Shown here one piece after another: positions 1 to 14,246 of a stretch of 64,000 nt of DNA. The notes under the pieces are model-generated. The model ran no database searches. It was given only the letters and a program-made list of their open reading frames with translations, and was not told the DNA's origin. The translations under genes and the position numbers were made by a program. Each line of letters opens with the position of its first letter. The stretch's first letter is position 1. Source of the DNA: Lama glama (Eukaryota); assembly GCA_028534125.1 (NCBI GenBank), contig CM052817.1, forward strand, positions 96,660,001 through 96,724,000, in the 5' to 3' direction.

Positions 1-1049
1 GGCTTAAGCAGATGGGATTGATCCCTTGGGACAATGACTTTCCCAACATTTATATCCTCTCCTCTGTATGTTCTGGTATCAAGCCATATCTCAGGATTGT
101 TCTCGTGTTAAATGCCTCATCACTATCCTGATATTTTACTTTTTTCAGGCTAGTGCTTTCTGTAGCTAGCAATTCATTAATTAAATTGCCTTCATTTGCA
201 AAGCAAACATGATTTTGGCCAGAGCAAGATTTATTTTGTTTGATTGTATATTTGTTTTCTTAGGCATATATTAATTTACATAGGTGAAGCCATATTTCTA
301 AACAGACTGAGTAATTTTTCTGAAGCACAATTCTCAGGCTTGCCTTTCCATGCCTGTCCAAACCACCCCCCCGAAAAAGGTCAAATGTGATCTAATTTCT
401 GCTTGAGGAAGCAGATGGATGCAGGAAACAGGAAATTGGATTCATCCACATCAAAAGTCCACACCCAAAGATCCAAATCATAGAAAAGCCAGTATTTTTA
501 TCACTTCTTTGACGAATCATTGTCAGATGCCTTTCTCCTAACTTACTACAATGCCTCCTTCCAGAATTCAAACAACCAAAAAGTTCAGATAACTGGAACT
601 TTTCTTCTATATTTTAGCTTTGTATAAAAAAGACTAAACAAATAATGGATATCAGAGACTTGGAGGTTTGTTATTATGCTGTTGTTTTTCTACTTAGAGT
701 AGGTCATAGGATCTCAGACTAATCACCTACATCTTAGCCCCTTATGATAATAATAGCATTTATGTTCAACCATAATTATACTAAGGCTCTTCATGACAGG
801 AACCATCAAAGGAAGAACAAATTCATTTTAATGCTATGTGTACATACTTTATTTGAAAAATTTTTAAACTGGAGATCAATACAGCTCTCAATTAACTATA
901 ACATTTTCTTAATGAGGACACTTTCATGTATATACACCTTTCTAAGTGGGAAAAGTACTCTAAATTCAGTAATAAACACACACATATGCAAAATAGTTTT
1001 TATCAGGAAAGTAAATTCTGTGGAGAAGATGGAATTTCAATGACCCTAT

Positions 1050-1335
1050 CAGTCAAAGAAGCTAGTCACAAAAGGCTGTATGTATATGGAAAGTCCAGAA
1101 CAGGCAAATCCACAGAAACAAAAAGCAGATTAGTGGTTGTCTAGGGCTGGGGAATGGGGGGTGGGAAGGGTGGGGGAAGTGACTGCTAATGGATATGGGA
1201 TTTGGGGGGGCTGATGATAATAATATAAACTTGGATTGTGGTGATGGCTGCACAACTGTGAATATAATTTAAAAATCACTGAAATGTACACTTTAAATCA
1301 GCAAAATGTATGGCATGCTATATCTCCAAAAAACA
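1050..1335 (+). mobile_element. Old L1 (L1MB-like) 3' UTR fragment
   Basis: Recognisable L1MB 3' motifs: ggcaaatccacagaaacaaaaagcagattagtggttg ... gtggtgatggctgcacaactgtgaatat ... gtacactttaaa. Confidence 0.8.
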
Positions 1336-4129
1336 TTTTTTCAAAATACCCTCTCAGAGGTGGTTTCCCAGAGCTGCCCAGCACAAGGGTGGGTCAATAA
1401 AATCCAACCGGGAGCAGCAAACCTTTGGGTGAATCTCCTTTCCCTCACCCTTTCCTCCTCTTTCTTTGTCAGTGATATTGGACTAATCTCCGTTTCCTTC
1501 TCTGATTCCATCCCACTGACTTGGAGTTGTACTTCGCCACCTGTTCACTAACCTGGCTTTCAATTTCTGCCCCTCCTGAGAATAACATCAAGTGCTCTTT
1601 GTAGAATGTCCACTGATGGAAACCCTGCCTTCTGGATCTCATGGGAAGTCTGACACCTGAGCCCATGCTGCCATTCTCGACCAGAACTCCTAGACTCTGC
1701 CAAGTTTCCACTGTTTTCAAATCCCAACCTCAGTCTTCTCTCAGAGATGTTAAGTTAGAACCAAAATAGGGGTTCTGATCCACGCCAGGCCAGGCGCCTC
1801 AAGAAGGCTTTGCTAGAGCTATGGCAGTCACGTAGATCTAAGCGAAATGTTATAAAATATACAACGTGCTCTCACGTTGGAGAGCACCCAACTTCTTTTT
1901 ATCCATTCAACTGACCTGGATATTAGTGGGTTTTCCATTTGGACTGGACCATCCTGTCCCTACTCAGGATGCAGGTTACAGAACAGAATGCTGGGAAATT
2001 CACAGCAATTCTATCTGGCCCCCAGCATAAAGATGCCCCCCCCCAGTCATCACATTTAAGTGAGCCCCGGAAGCACCTCTTCAAATAATCATCATTTACT
2101 TAATGTCCATGCTTTGCATTCAAAGAAAGAGGGAAAGTCCTATCTGAAAGAGCTTATCTGGTCTCATGGAAAGATAGAAATCAGACATATGGTTTCCTTG
2201 AGTTGTTCAGCTTTTCCCAATTTCCCCTGCCCCATAGTGAGAGCTCTTTGACTTCCTCTGCAGATTCTCTTCAAGAAGTGGTGCCTAAGGGCACAGCTGA
2301 ATCACTAAGTTGTCCTGTGGTCTGATTCCGTGAAGCTTTAGATTTTGATTTGAAGAAATTGTTTGAAAGCACTAATATCCCTCCTCTCACCACTGGCAAA
2401 TGGCAAAGTTTTCACGTCCTGATAGCAATGCTTTCGTAAGTGAGAAATATAAGAATCAATTTGTCCATTATTCCATTATTCTGCCCAAACGCTTAATAAT
2501 TAAGGATAGACCAGAATACTTTGATTAACAACCTGGAAGTGTGTTTTTTTCCTGTTTGTATTCTTAAAGTTGATTTTGAAGTTGATGAGCTCCCTACAGC
2601 CTAAGAAAAATTCTTTGAAGCAGCTACCTGGAAAGTTGTCACAATCTGAATGAATGGTGCACTCAAAGTGAAACAGAAATTTCTCCAAAGCAATTTCAGT
2701 TTCATGTAACTTGAAATCTTAGAAATAATTTAGTTAAAAAAAAAAGATAATTTAGTACAACTCTGTCACCTGCAGATAACAAAAGTTAAGACCCAGTGAA
2801 GAGAAATGACTTGTCCAAGTTCCTAAAGTTAAATACATGACAAAATGAGGGCTGGGGAGAAAAAAACAAATCCTAGGCTCTTGAAACTGGACTTTCTTTT
2901 ATTCCATGATCAGGCACTAATTTATGATGATGAGCGCTGTATGAAATTTACACTTGACTCAAAAACTCAGGTTGAGGGGTTGGGTGCCAGTAGAGAATTT
3001 GGAAGGGATGGAGAAGAATGAGAGGATCAAACAGCATCTTTTTTTTCTGACTCCATGCAATGATTAGAACAGAGAATATTAGGAAGACTGTTACCTGTCT
3101 CCCTGAATTAAAAATAGCAAAGACCACCTGGCAGCTAAAGAAGCTGAAAAACACTGCCCAACATGCAATTCCTGGACACAGCAAGCCCGCAGCCTACTAC
3201 ATCAGGATACAGACAAGCTCAAAACAAGTCAAACACATGCCAGCCTTAAACAGTTGCAGTCATGTCTTATCTCTGACTATTACTCTCTTATACCAAAACA
3301 ATAACTGCAATTATATGCACCTTTATAGATAAATGCAAATTCATCCTCAAAGGATCATCTGATAGAAAGGAAATAAAGAAAGAATTGCAAGGAAGAAGTA
3401 AAACACACTACTTTTCATTAGAGTTACCTCCTGAGTCTCCTTCAATCTAACCTAATTTCTCTTGCAGGCCTATTAGAAAATCACTTTCTTCTCTGGGTAG
3501 AAATTGTCTATAGCTGTGTTTTGGAAATGAGCTATTCCTGGCATCGCTGATCTGTTATTCTGCCAAGCACTTTCGCAGGGGCAGAGGGCAGCTGAGTGAA
3601 TCACAGAGACTCTTAGGAGGAAAGCAGATCTCTTTGTCTGAACAGTTATTGGTCTCCTTGGAGGTGTTCCTCTGAATTGAAAGAGAACCTTTTAGGCAGG
3701 TTCAGCACAAGGCAGATGGTTTCATATTATAAAGACAATGCCTTCCGGTGATTAGTACAGCCCTTGAGTTACATTCTGGTTCCCTGATTACTAGCTTGGT
3801 GACGTGGGTAAGTTGCTAAACTTCTCTAGGAAATGAGGCCAGCTGTACTGATGCCACTGGGTTCTTGTGAACAGTCAGCGAAGGAAATACACGATTGTAC
3901 CTAGCCCAGAGCTCATGCGGGTTACGCCGACATTCTGCAACAAACAGTTCTCTTCCCTTTTCTTAGCTAAGGGAGTGGAAGTCTGGCTGTACTGCTAGAA
4001 GGAAAAGCTGCACCACCAATCAGCTCCACTGGGGCCACAAGGAAAGCTTGGGCCCAAACAGCAGCTCAGGAAATTGGTGAGGGAGCCTGTTTAGCCAACA
4101 TCAGAACCACAATTCCTAATGGTCTAGAC

Positions 4130-4280
4130 CAGTGCAGTTCAAAGTGTGGACTGTAGTCCCAACAGTTTCAGTTTCTTCCCAGACCTTCTAAATCTGGATC
4201 TCTGTGGGTGGCTCCAGGAATCTGTGATTCTGCCAGCTCTCCAGGTGATTCTTTTGCTCTCTCAAATTTGAAAAGCACTG
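4130..4280. mobile_element. MER5-type hAT-Charlie MITE
   Basis: CAGTG...CACTG termini, internal ctccaggtgattct motif, imperfect 8-bp flanks gtctagac / gtctaggg. Confidence 0.75.
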
Positions 4281-4472
4281 GTCTAGGGAAAGTGTTACCA
4301 GCAAACCTGAAAAAAAAAAAAAAAACCCCAGGAAAACACAAACCAGGGAAACAATGATTTTCAGGGGCTCGAGTAAAAGAGATTTTAAGGAAAGATGGAA
4401 GAGACAACTGATGGGAAGGTTCTGGGGAAAGCCTTTAGAGATCACAGGACAAATTTTACAAATGCAGCAGTC

Positions 4473-4614
4473 GGGAGCGGGGGTATAGCTCTATGGTAGA
4501 GCGTATACTTAGTATGCATGAGGTCGTGGGTTCAATCCCCAGTACTTCCACTAAAAACAAACAAACAAACAAACCTAATTACCTCCCCCCCCAAAAATTA
4601 AAAAATTTTTAAAA
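4473..4614 (+). mobile_element. Camelid tRNA-derived SINE (Vic-1 type)
   Basis: A-box-like ggtatagctctatggtaga, B-box-like gggttcaatccc, aaacctaattacctcccc body, A-rich tail; perfect 15-bp TSD aaattttacaaatgc at 4451-4465 and 4615-4629. Confidence 0.9.
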
Positions 4615-6593
4615 AAATTTTACAAATGCTTCCATTCACTTAGCATACATTCTGAATCCACATGGTGCTTATTAATCTTCTAACTAGAAATGAGCCACTG
4701 AATTTATTACTGATCAGCTGGGTAGGTGGATCCCCAAGACAAGAAGGGATCCGTTGTAAAATTTTTAAATAAAAAGAGCCCCAGTGCTTATTTTTGGTGA
4801 CAACAAGTAAAGAGGGAGATGAGGAGATAGCATCTTGCTCAGCAGCCAGTCCTGGGAGAAAAAGAACCAAGGAATAAAGCAATCCAAATCTCTAGGGCTT
4901 TCAGAATGAAGAAAAATATGAGTGAGACATGGGACTGAAATTTAGTGGCTAAGACATAACCCATCAGGCTTAACTGGCAGGAAGCCCAGCAGCGAGGTTC
5001 CCTCTTCGGAACTAAACATCTGCCTGCCTTCACAGCTCCACAACATGCTAAACTGTGAGCAAAACGTTGCAGCATTCCACAAAGATCAAGGATACATGAC
5101 ACTTAGAAAATTCAGTTGTGTGTGTAAATATTTACCTAGCTACTTCCTTCGGGTCTACAAACCTGTTTCATCTTACTGGCAGGGAGCTCCATCATTTTAG
5201 CCAGCCACTCACAATATTTTACTAGAAATATGGGGAGGTGGGGGAGAGGCATAACTTGAAGTAACTGGGGAAAATATATTGCAGGTTTTGAGTAGTAATC
5301 CCACCAATGCTTCTAAAACCAGGGGGAGTAGGAAGGGGCACTCTGAAATAGCAAGTCAATGTCAGAGAAATTAACAATTCCCAGCTCCTGCTACTTTCCT
5401 TACTCAAAATTGAGGCTTCTTAACCCATTTTCAGGCTGAACCCTTTCCCAGAATCTGGATTCAATAGAACCACTAATCAAAAGAAACTGAAGGAGATCCA
5501 GCTGAGCATCTCAAGTAGACATGCCTGCTAGGTAATCTCATTTCTAGACCTGCCCTGGCTTGTCATTCCAGTCATATTAACGTACCTTCACCTTGCTCTT
5601 ATGGACAACTCCCTCCTTGTGTTTTATTGTGGACCTACTGTGCATCCACCCAAGAGCTAGACGCAGGAGTCCAACACTCCCCTCAGGTGGCCGACAGTCC
5701 ACTTCCTCCAGGAAAATACTCTAAACTTCCTTTCCAGGTAAGTGGGAGAACATAGGCTCTGGCCTCAGTGGAAATTAAAAATTCAATCATTTAATAATTG
5801 GATGATAAGGCTGAAGAACTCTCTAGAAAGTGGAGCTAAATGAAAGAAAGACAATAAGACAATACAAGGGGAAAAGATAAGAAAAGTGGAGCATTGGTTC
5901 TAAAAATCTAGTATCTGAATACCAAGTTTCCTGAAAAAGAGGACCAAAAAAAAGGTGGGGGGTAGGAAATCATCAATTGAAAAATTCAAGAGAACTTCCT
6001 AGAACTGAAGCACATGGAGGGATGTCTGAGTGCCCAGTATGACGGGTGAAAATGGAGCCACATCTGGTATATCACTGAGAAGCTTTAGAACCCTCGGTGT
6101 AAAGAGAAGGGCAAATACAGTTCCAGAGAAAGAAAAAAAAGCCAAATATGAAGGAATCAAAGTAAAATAGCCTCAAATGACACAGAAGCAAATGAAAGCT
6201 AGAAATTAATGGAGCAATGCCTTCAAAATTCTGAAGGAAAATTCTTTCCAGCCTAAACTTCTATTAGCAGCCAAGCCATCATTCAAGTGTCAGGACAGAA
6301 TACAAATATTTAAAGATATTCAAAGACTCAAAAATTTTTTTAAAAGTGGTGAAGGCCCTAGGGTTCAAACAGTGATGAGTACAATTAATTATAGATGAGC
6401 AAATTTCAAACAAGACAACTCCAGGGAATACAGAAAGTTATGCAAAGAAGGGAAAAAGCTAGTGCACGCACATAGTTCATCTATGAATGAAGTATAGAGG
6501 TAATAACAGCATAAACCTTTCTATTAACCTAAACAAAAGTATAAAATAACTGTATTGGGAGGTCAGCGGGTCAGGAAGAAGATATGTGAGTCC

Positions 6594-6596
6594 TGT

Positions 6597-6652
<56 letters not shown>
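6594..6652. repeat. Compound microsatellite (TG)n(GA)n
   Basis: Directly visible. Confidence 0.95.
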
Positions 6653-6655
<3 letters not shown>

Positions 6656-6871
6656 AAGGGGAGGAAAGGAACGAGAGCTAAAATCCTCAACTTCTAACGT
6701 GAAAAATCAACAGATTATGTCTAAAACTGGAGAGAAAAAAATCAAGGAGTAGAACTAGTCGCATATTATTCAGAAATATGGCAGGAAATGTCAAAACCAA
6801 GAATCAGCTATGGGTTATCAGTGTTTGCTTCTGGAAAGGGGGAAGTGGAGGGTGAGGGAACAAGGAAATCA

Positions 6872-7052
6872 TTTTTCTTTTTTTTCTTAACCAATCTTTT
6901 TTTTAATAACCTTTATTTTTCTTTACTTTATTATATTTTGTCGGGGAGGTAATTAGGTTTATTTATTCATTTCTTAACAGAGGTACTGGGGATTGAACCC
7001 AGCATCTCACGCATGCTAAGCATGCACTGTACCACTGAGCTATGCTCTCCAC
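6872..7052 (-). mobile_element. Camelid tRNA-derived SINE (Vic-1 type)
   Basis: Reverse complement of the same SINE (ggggaggtaattaggttt...ggggattgaaccc...accactgagctat) with T-rich tail; caaggaaa on both flanks. Confidence 0.9.
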
Positions 7053-7179
7053 CAAGGAAACTGTTTTTCATTACTAATTTTGTAGGCCTTTTTGATTCTT
7101 AAAAATTATGAGTGATTATAATGTTGATTAAAATAAACGTGGAAGATGTTGAGGCCCTGCCCAGCTAAGGAAAGAGACA

Positions 7180-7390
7180 GAACAGCTTCTGACATTAGAT
7201 CACCTTGATTTGCATCCTGGTTCTGCCCCTGACTAATGGTGTGACCATGGGCATTTTAACCCGTATAAACCTCAGTTCCCTCAACTTAAAATGCAGCTTA
7301 TAAAAATATTTACATCAGAGTGTTGCTGTGAAGTCTAAGTGATTAGCAGTGCCTGACACATTATGAGGCTCTGTTTATCATGAGCACATA
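7180..7390 (+). mobile_element. MIR SINE
   Basis: MIR core-like tgtgaccatgggc...cctcagttccctca...cagtgcctgacaca. Confidence 0.7.
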
Positions 7391-7429
7391 TTTAGAATGG
7401 CTGCTGGGTAAGGCAACTAGCCCAGCTGT

Positions 7430-8120
7430 AGACCTTTGGGACTGTAGTCAGTGAGTGTAAAAGATCTCTACCCTCACGGAGCTTACTAGAATTAGTGGGA
7501 GAGATAAACAAACAATAAAATAGTAATAAATGATACAGTGCATTAAAAAGTGACCAAGTGACATGTGCTATGGAATAAAATAGAGCAGGGGAAGGGACAT
7601 CCACTGGAAAGTGGGGAGGTGCTTGCAATTTTCAGTAAGTTGGTCAAGAATGATCTCACGAGAAGGTGACTTTTGAGCAAAGACTTGAAGGAGTGGGGGA
7701 GCTAACTATTCATATATTGGGGGAAAAGCACTTGAGGGCAGAGGAAGAGTCAGCTCTGCGGTGGGCAAGTGCATGGCCAGTCAGGGGAAGAGCAAGAGCG
7801 CCCATGTGGATGGGCCAGTGAGGGAAGAGTAGCCGGAGATGAGGTCAAAGGGACCAGAGTGATTGTGGAGAGCACTGAAGGCAGGAGCAAGACCGTGGCT
7901 TTTCTTAGAGTGAAACGGGGACCCATTGCAGGGACTCAAGCAGGGTGAAAGGATCTGATTCATCCTGTAAAAGAATGACTCTAGCTCCTCTGTTAGGAAT
8001 AGAGAAAGCCTGGTGGGCTCTTCACTGGAAGCGGGAAACCAGTTTGAGGTGCCTGCCAAGTTCCAGAAAGAGACAGTGGTGGCTCAGACCAGCAAAGCTG
8101 GAGGGAAGTGATTGGATTCT
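7430..8120 (-). mobile_element. L2 LINE 3' portion
   Basis: Antisense L2 motifs ccctcacggagctta, gaaggtgacttttgagcaaagacttgaagga, aagaatgactctagct. Confidence 0.8.
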
Positions 8121-9667
8121 CTCTACTGAGTAACTTTCACTATTATCATTTACCCAAGATGACGCAAATAAGTTAATAGCAGAAGTATGAAGCTATAGCT
8201 ATAGCTCCCAGTCTTTTTCTGAATAAAGAGAAACTACAAATGGAAAATCTAAATGGAAATACAGTGTTGTTTTGTCCTTATGTAGATTAATAAAAATCTG
8301 TAAAAGTTGGGTTCCTTCTTAATCATAAAATCTCTGTTATTCCATAAGTCTTGACATTTGTATGCAATTAATGGATCTGGGATTTACACCAAGGGGCAGT
8401 AACAATTGTATACATGACACCATGTCCATTTCTTTTACTGTGCACTGTACCTTATACAGTAAATATAATTCAGGTGTTGCTTTAGGTAAAGATTTATTCA
8501 TTCATCAAATAATGATAAATAAGTCATGGACTATACCCTTGGCATGCTTACCAGTGTAGTGAGAGTGAGTAGGTGAACATAAAAGAATTTAAACTCACAT
8601 AAGAAGGAGGTCAATGCCAGAAAACTTGTGGAAGTTAATTGCTCTAGGGAGTTCCAGGACAGCAGCTATTCCTTTCAGCTCGAGGAGGTCAGGAGGTGGT
8701 GTCTGAAAGGCTCCCTGGAGGAGGTGACATCCGTGGGACTGTTTCTGTTTGGATGTTTCAGGATGGGACAGAAGGGCTGGAAATGAAAAAAATTAAGGAA
8801 ACTAGGTAGAACATTTCAATGTATGTAAGAGGAACAATAATTTTTGAAGAGTCACTGGAGCATAGAGCATGGGAAGTGGAATAATGGAAATATGAGTAAT
8901 AGGGTGAAGAATATCATATTAAGGAGAATTATAACATTGCCAGGTAAAGGACTCTGGATAAAGATGATCATAAGAAGAAAAGAAAGAAACACTGATGAGA
9001 ATCCTATTGTCAGGGAAGGGTTCTAACACACTAAGCCAAGACATTGAACACTGGTCTGGCTGTGAGTTTCCCAATTGTCAGATTTACTGTCCCAAGACAC
9101 GAATATGGGCAGGAACTTTGGGCTTAAATGAAAATTACCAGCCAAAAAAAAATTGTTTCCTATTTATTTTTTCTTTTAAGATATTTTAAAATCTTTAGAC
9201 ATTTATTTCTCTGTTGCTTTGCTTTCTTTCCAAAGTCAAGGAAGAAATGTTAGCAATCCTTTCCCTCATCTCCTGCATCTCTCCTTCCCCAGCTTTAGGA
9301 AAACAACACTATCAGCAAATCAAATGACCAGCCTTGTGCTTTGTGTTCATTTTTATTGCAAGTCACTGGGGTCAAAACCAAGACCAAACCAGGACCCCCA
9401 TAAATCATAACAAAGAATCTTTTTGCTACACACAGTGAAATACACCTGTAGCCAGCCTTTGACATGTCGGTAAACATAACTTCTGCAATTTGATTAAACA
9501 GTTCTGTTGTGTTCCACTGATCTCTTGAATACCCTAATAAGTAGAAATGTAGCACCCACTCAGCAGGCCCTGAGATTGTCTATAACCCCGCTTATCTAGA
9601 GAGCTCTCAATTTGATAGTGGAATTTTGCAGTCTTAAGCAAAGTCCTGCAATCCCCATTTCTGCCAA

Positions 9668-9850
9668 TAATAACAATAGCTAACATTTATTGAGAATATC
9701 CCTTGTGCCTGGCATGTGCAACCTCATTTAATCTTCATAGCAACTCAGTGAGGTGGGTACAATTATTTTGTCCATTTACAAATGAAAAAACCAAGGCACA
9801 GAGCAGTTAGGTAATTTGCCATGGATCATAGAGCTAGAAAGAAATTAATG
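9668..9850 (-). mobile_element. MIR SINE
   Basis: aatagctaacatttattgag...ctcatttaatcttcatagcaac...aaggcacagagcagttaggtaatttgcc. Confidence 0.85.
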
Positions 9851-10940
9851 AGTGAACAACACTTTTCTCTTCCTTCTCCACCAAGAGTCCACAGTCTCTG
9901 CCAGCAGCTTTCACTCGACTCCTTCCTTTTCCATCAGGATGCTCTCCTGAATCTGGAAATGAAGTCCTCAGACTACACCTCAGTTTCTTTCCATGAAGAA
10001 ACTTCAATTTGTCTCCTAACCTGGGCACTTGCCAAAGCATCTTGTCCTCTGCAGCTTGCAGACTCTCAGTTTAAAAAAAGGCTCTGACTTAACCTTACCC
10101 TCTTACCACCCATTACTCTGTTATCTTATCACAACTTTCACTATTTTATCTTGAGTGGGTTTTTTTTTCCACTGCATTTCATCATTTTCAAATGTCAGAT
10201 TAATTTGTCACCATGTGTACCCTTCTGAAAGACCTTAACATCATGGTTCATTAAGACCATGCTGGAACCCAACCACCCAATCCAGACAAAAACTGAGAAT
10301 TTAAATGTCCTTACGGGAATGGGAAAGAAAAACAGGACTGTTCTCCAGCTGCTTATACATCTGTGTATTTCTTTGCATGTTGACTTTGAAATGCTGAAAC
10401 AATCCCACGTGGAAAAGATCCATCATTTTGTTGTTTATGCATCTAAGTACACAAACATATGCTCACGAATTCCTGGAGAACCTGGTTTACAATGCCAAGC
10501 TAATTCAACCAATGTGATCAGAGGCCTTCAATTAATTTTAGAGAAATTTACAAGAACAGGTATATTGCCCTTGTACTGAAATAAATTACATCATTTTAAT
10601 TGGATCTAAGAAATTTTGGTCCAAATAACCCATACTCTCCTATACATGTGAAGAATTTTTTTAAATTTGCACTTAATTATTTTTATAGAAGAAGAGAACC
10701 AAAGAACATTAAGCTCTATTTATATTTCTCTAGTTTTCTTTCAATTTTCGTCATTGTGCATTCATAAGTACATTTTTATGTCATTGTATCATGCATGCAT
10801 TGCTTTGTATTCTGCTTTTTCTTCACTTTGTTTAATATTCCTTTGTATCTAAATAGACCCCATACTTGCCTTTTTTGTGTCATAAAATAATTATGTGGTG
10901 CTCCTTTATCATACTATTGCTGTTAATCTTTTTTTTCTTT

Positions 10941-10980
10941 TTTTGGCTTTTGGCGTTTGGCTTTTGGCTTTTGGCTTTGC
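10941..10980. repeat. Short heptamer tandem repeat (TTTTGGC)n, about 5 copies
   Basis: ttttggcttttggcgtttggcttttggcttttggctttgc directly visible. Confidence 0.85.
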
Positions 10981-12309
10981 GTCCTATTTTAAACTGAGCT
11001 ATTTTTAATATTGTCATGTAATCTACATTTTTCTCTTTAGGGATACCTCCATAGAACACTACTGTCAACTAAACTTTAGCTTTATCTAAACCCTTTGTTT
11101 ACCCAAATTTTAATTTAAAACACACACACACACACATACACATATACACATACAACACATGAGCAGTAAGTAGCAAAGGAAAATCCCTAAACCCTAACCC
11201 TCCCCACCCACTTTTCTCCCTAGCGCCTGGTCTGAACGTCACTGCCATGAGTTGAGTCCCATAAGTAGAACCACCACAGCAAAATGAAGGAACAGTGTTA
11301 AAGCTTTTTTTTTTTAATTATGCCAGACTACTATCCAAAAGGACTAGAGCAATTTACAATGCTGCCAGCTCTTTATAACTGTGCCTTCCCCAAAAGCTAT
11401 CAACCGCCATTGGTTTTTTGCTATAATTATTGACATAAGATCTTTAAATAGGTATACAATGATACCTAAACACCGTCCCATACTCTCAATTTCGAGCAAA
11501 ACATCTTCTCACATACATGCTGATTTTCTACCTTTCTTGTGAGTACACACACTCTCTTCTCAACTCTGTATTGAATTGGCCTTTAGTACTGGTGTGACAC
11601 ATTTATGTAAATTCATGTAGCACCTTTACAACTTTCATTTTGTATATTTTTCTTATACATAGCATATATTTTTTGTTACAAAATTTATCTATTATTTTGT
11701 TATTCTGTTGTTTTCTTTGAAATTTTGTCCTATTATTTTTATTAGAAATTTTTTAGCTTTATGTATTTAAATCCCCTTGTCTGAGGTCCAGCCTCAGAGA
11801 TGAAAGCAGAGGCTGGGAGAGGTCACCACAGCCAACAGGGTTGCTCATGGGGCAGTTCTCATTCAGGCTCCTGGGGCAACAGCAAAAGAGAGCAGGCAGC
11901 CAGCCACACACACACCCAAGATGAGAGAGTCTGAGAAGACAACTGAAGTGGCCAGTCAGGGTGCACACTGGACAGGCTGGATCAACTGAAGTCAGAGAGC
12001 TATGGAGGATTCAGACGTGGACCCAACTGAGAGCAGTCTGGGCCAGTTTGAAAGGAACTGCACTGTCACTAGTTCTTAATTCTGTGTGAGTGGATGTGTG
12101 GTTTGCCAGGAAAAACAAAGCTTGTAGTAAGTCAGAAAAAAGGCAGAACCATATCAAGACCTTCCATCTTATCTATGATGATAGCCTTGTTTCTTCAATA
12201 GCTAGGAATTTATTTTCCAATTATAAATTTCCTATCTTGTTCCAAAAGGTAGTAGGAAAAGCTTACACAGGAATACATACAATAAAATAATGTCAAAAAA
12301 GAAACAGAA

Positions 12310-13520
12310 AAACATAGGCAAAACATTCTCTGACATAAATCTTAGCAATGTTCTCATAGGGCAGTCTACCTAGGCAATAGAAATAAGAGCAAACATAAAC
12401 AAATGGGACCTAATTAAACTTACCAGCTTTTGCACAGCAAAGGAATTCTAAATAAAACAAAAAGACAACCTACAGAATGGGAGAAAATGTTTGCAAATGA
12501 TGTAGCTGACAAAGGCTTACTTTCCAGAATAAATAAACAGCTCACACAATGTAATAATAAAAAAAAACCCAATCCAAAAATGGGCAGAAGTCCTAAACAA
12601 GCAATTCACCAATGATGATATACAAATAGGCAATAGGCACATGAAAAATGCTCAATATCACTAATTATCAGAGAAATGCAAATTAAAACTACAATGAGGT
12701 ATCACCTCACATCAGTCAGAATGACCATCATTCAAAAGTCCACTAACAATAAATGTTGGAGAGGGCGTGGAGAAAAGAGAACCCTCCTACACTGCTGGTG
12801 GGAATGTACTTTGTTGCAGCCATTATGGAAAACAGTACGGAGATTCCTCAAAAAACTAAAAATAGACTTACCATATGATCCAGCAATCCCACTTCCGTGT
12901 ATGTAGCCAGACGGAACTCTAGTTCAAAAAGATACATGCACATCAATGCTCATAGCAGCACTATTTACAATAATCAAGACATGGAAGCAAACTAAATGCC
13001 CATCAACAGATGACTAGATAAAGAAGTTGTGGTATATTTATACAATGGAACACCACTCAGCAATAAAAAATAACATAATGCCATTTGCAGCAACATGGAT
13101 GGAAGTAGAGATCATCATTCTAAGTGAAGTAAGCCAGAAAGAGAAAGAAAAATACCATATGACATCACTTATTATGTGGAATCTAAAAAAAAACAAAAAA
13201 AGGACACTATAAACTCATCTACAAAACAGAAACAGACTCTTAGACATAGGAAACAATCCCATGGTTACAGGACAAAGAGGGTGGGAAGGGATAAATTTGG
13301 AAGTTTAAGATTTGCAAATGTTAGCCACTTTATATAAAAATGGATTTTAAAAAGTTTCTTCTGTATAGCACAAGGAACTATACTCAACATCTTGTAATAA
13401 CCTTTAATGAAAAAGAATATGAAAACAAATATATGTATGTATATGCATGACTAGGACATTGTACTGTACACCAGAAACTGACATGTAGCTGACTGTACTT
13501 CAATTAAAAAAAATTTTTTT
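12310..13520 (+). mobile_element. 5'-truncated L1 (cetartiodactyl/camelid type): ORF2 C-terminus with stops and frameshifts, plus 3' UTR
   Basis: ORF-track peptides [12 protein letters not shown]...[24 protein letters not shown] and WYIYTME...IMPFAATWMEVEIIILSEVSQ are L1 ORF2 C-terminal motifs; A-tail; TSD aagaaacagaa at 12299-12309 and 13521-13531. Confidence 0.95.
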
Positions 13521-14246
13521 AAGAAACAGAACCAGGAAATTAGGCCAAGGGGAGACAGAATGCAAAGATCAGGTTTAAAAACAACAACAAAAAAAAAAAC
13601 AACTAAAAGAAGTTAGGGTAAGTATCTGGTGTCCTTTCTGCTTGTCCGTGCCTTACTTGTTGGTAAATCTGGTGTTTCTTATGTAATCTGTGGTGCATTT
13701 GTCAATAATTCAGCTCTTCTTTATCCCAGTTACCAGTTGTCCTGCTATATATAGTGATTAGTGATTCCATTTTCTATTGTTCTAGTGTCTCTGATCTGCC
13801 ATCTTCCATTCTCTTAGTTTGTGAATTCTTCTGAAATGTCAATGTAATTATGTTTTCCCTTTTTAATCCAATCACATAAAGTTGTTTTTATAATAAGCTT
13901 CATGCTTAGAGCAGTTTTAGATGTACAGAAAATTACAAAGATGGTATAGAATTCCCACTATGTATTCCCCTGTTACTAATACAGTGCATCAGTAGGCTAC
14001 ATTTACTACAATTAATAAACCCAAAACAATTCATTATTATCAACCAAAGTCCATACTTTGTTTAGAGCTAAGTTTTATGCCATGTTCCTTTTAACTGTTC
14101 CAAGATCCCACCCAGGGTACCAGGTTACATTTAGTCATCAGGTCTCCTTAAGCTCCTCTTTGTAACAATTTTTCAGGCTTACCTTGTTTTTGGAAACCTT
14201 AATACTTTTAAGAAATATTGGTCAGGTATTTTGAAGAATACTTCCT

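Larger units (their letters stand above)
5790..7137 (+). mobile_element. HAL1 (half-L1, ORF1-only) relic, interrupted by a microsatellite and a SINE
   Basis: Decayed ORF1-like sequence (aattcaagagaacttcctagaactgaag; aatggagcaatgccttcaaaattctgaaggaaaa) followed, without ORF2, by a HAL1-like 3' region (gagctaaaatcctcaacttc...cagattatgtctaaaact). Confidence 0.7.

Noticed and set aside
2263..2436. Plus-strand exon-like unit (ctctgcag| ... |gtaagt)
   Set aside because: Stops in all three frames and no linked exons; not supportable without transcript data.
12430..13212. ORFs with clear protein similarity
   Set aside because: Broken L1 ORF2 fragments, not host genes.
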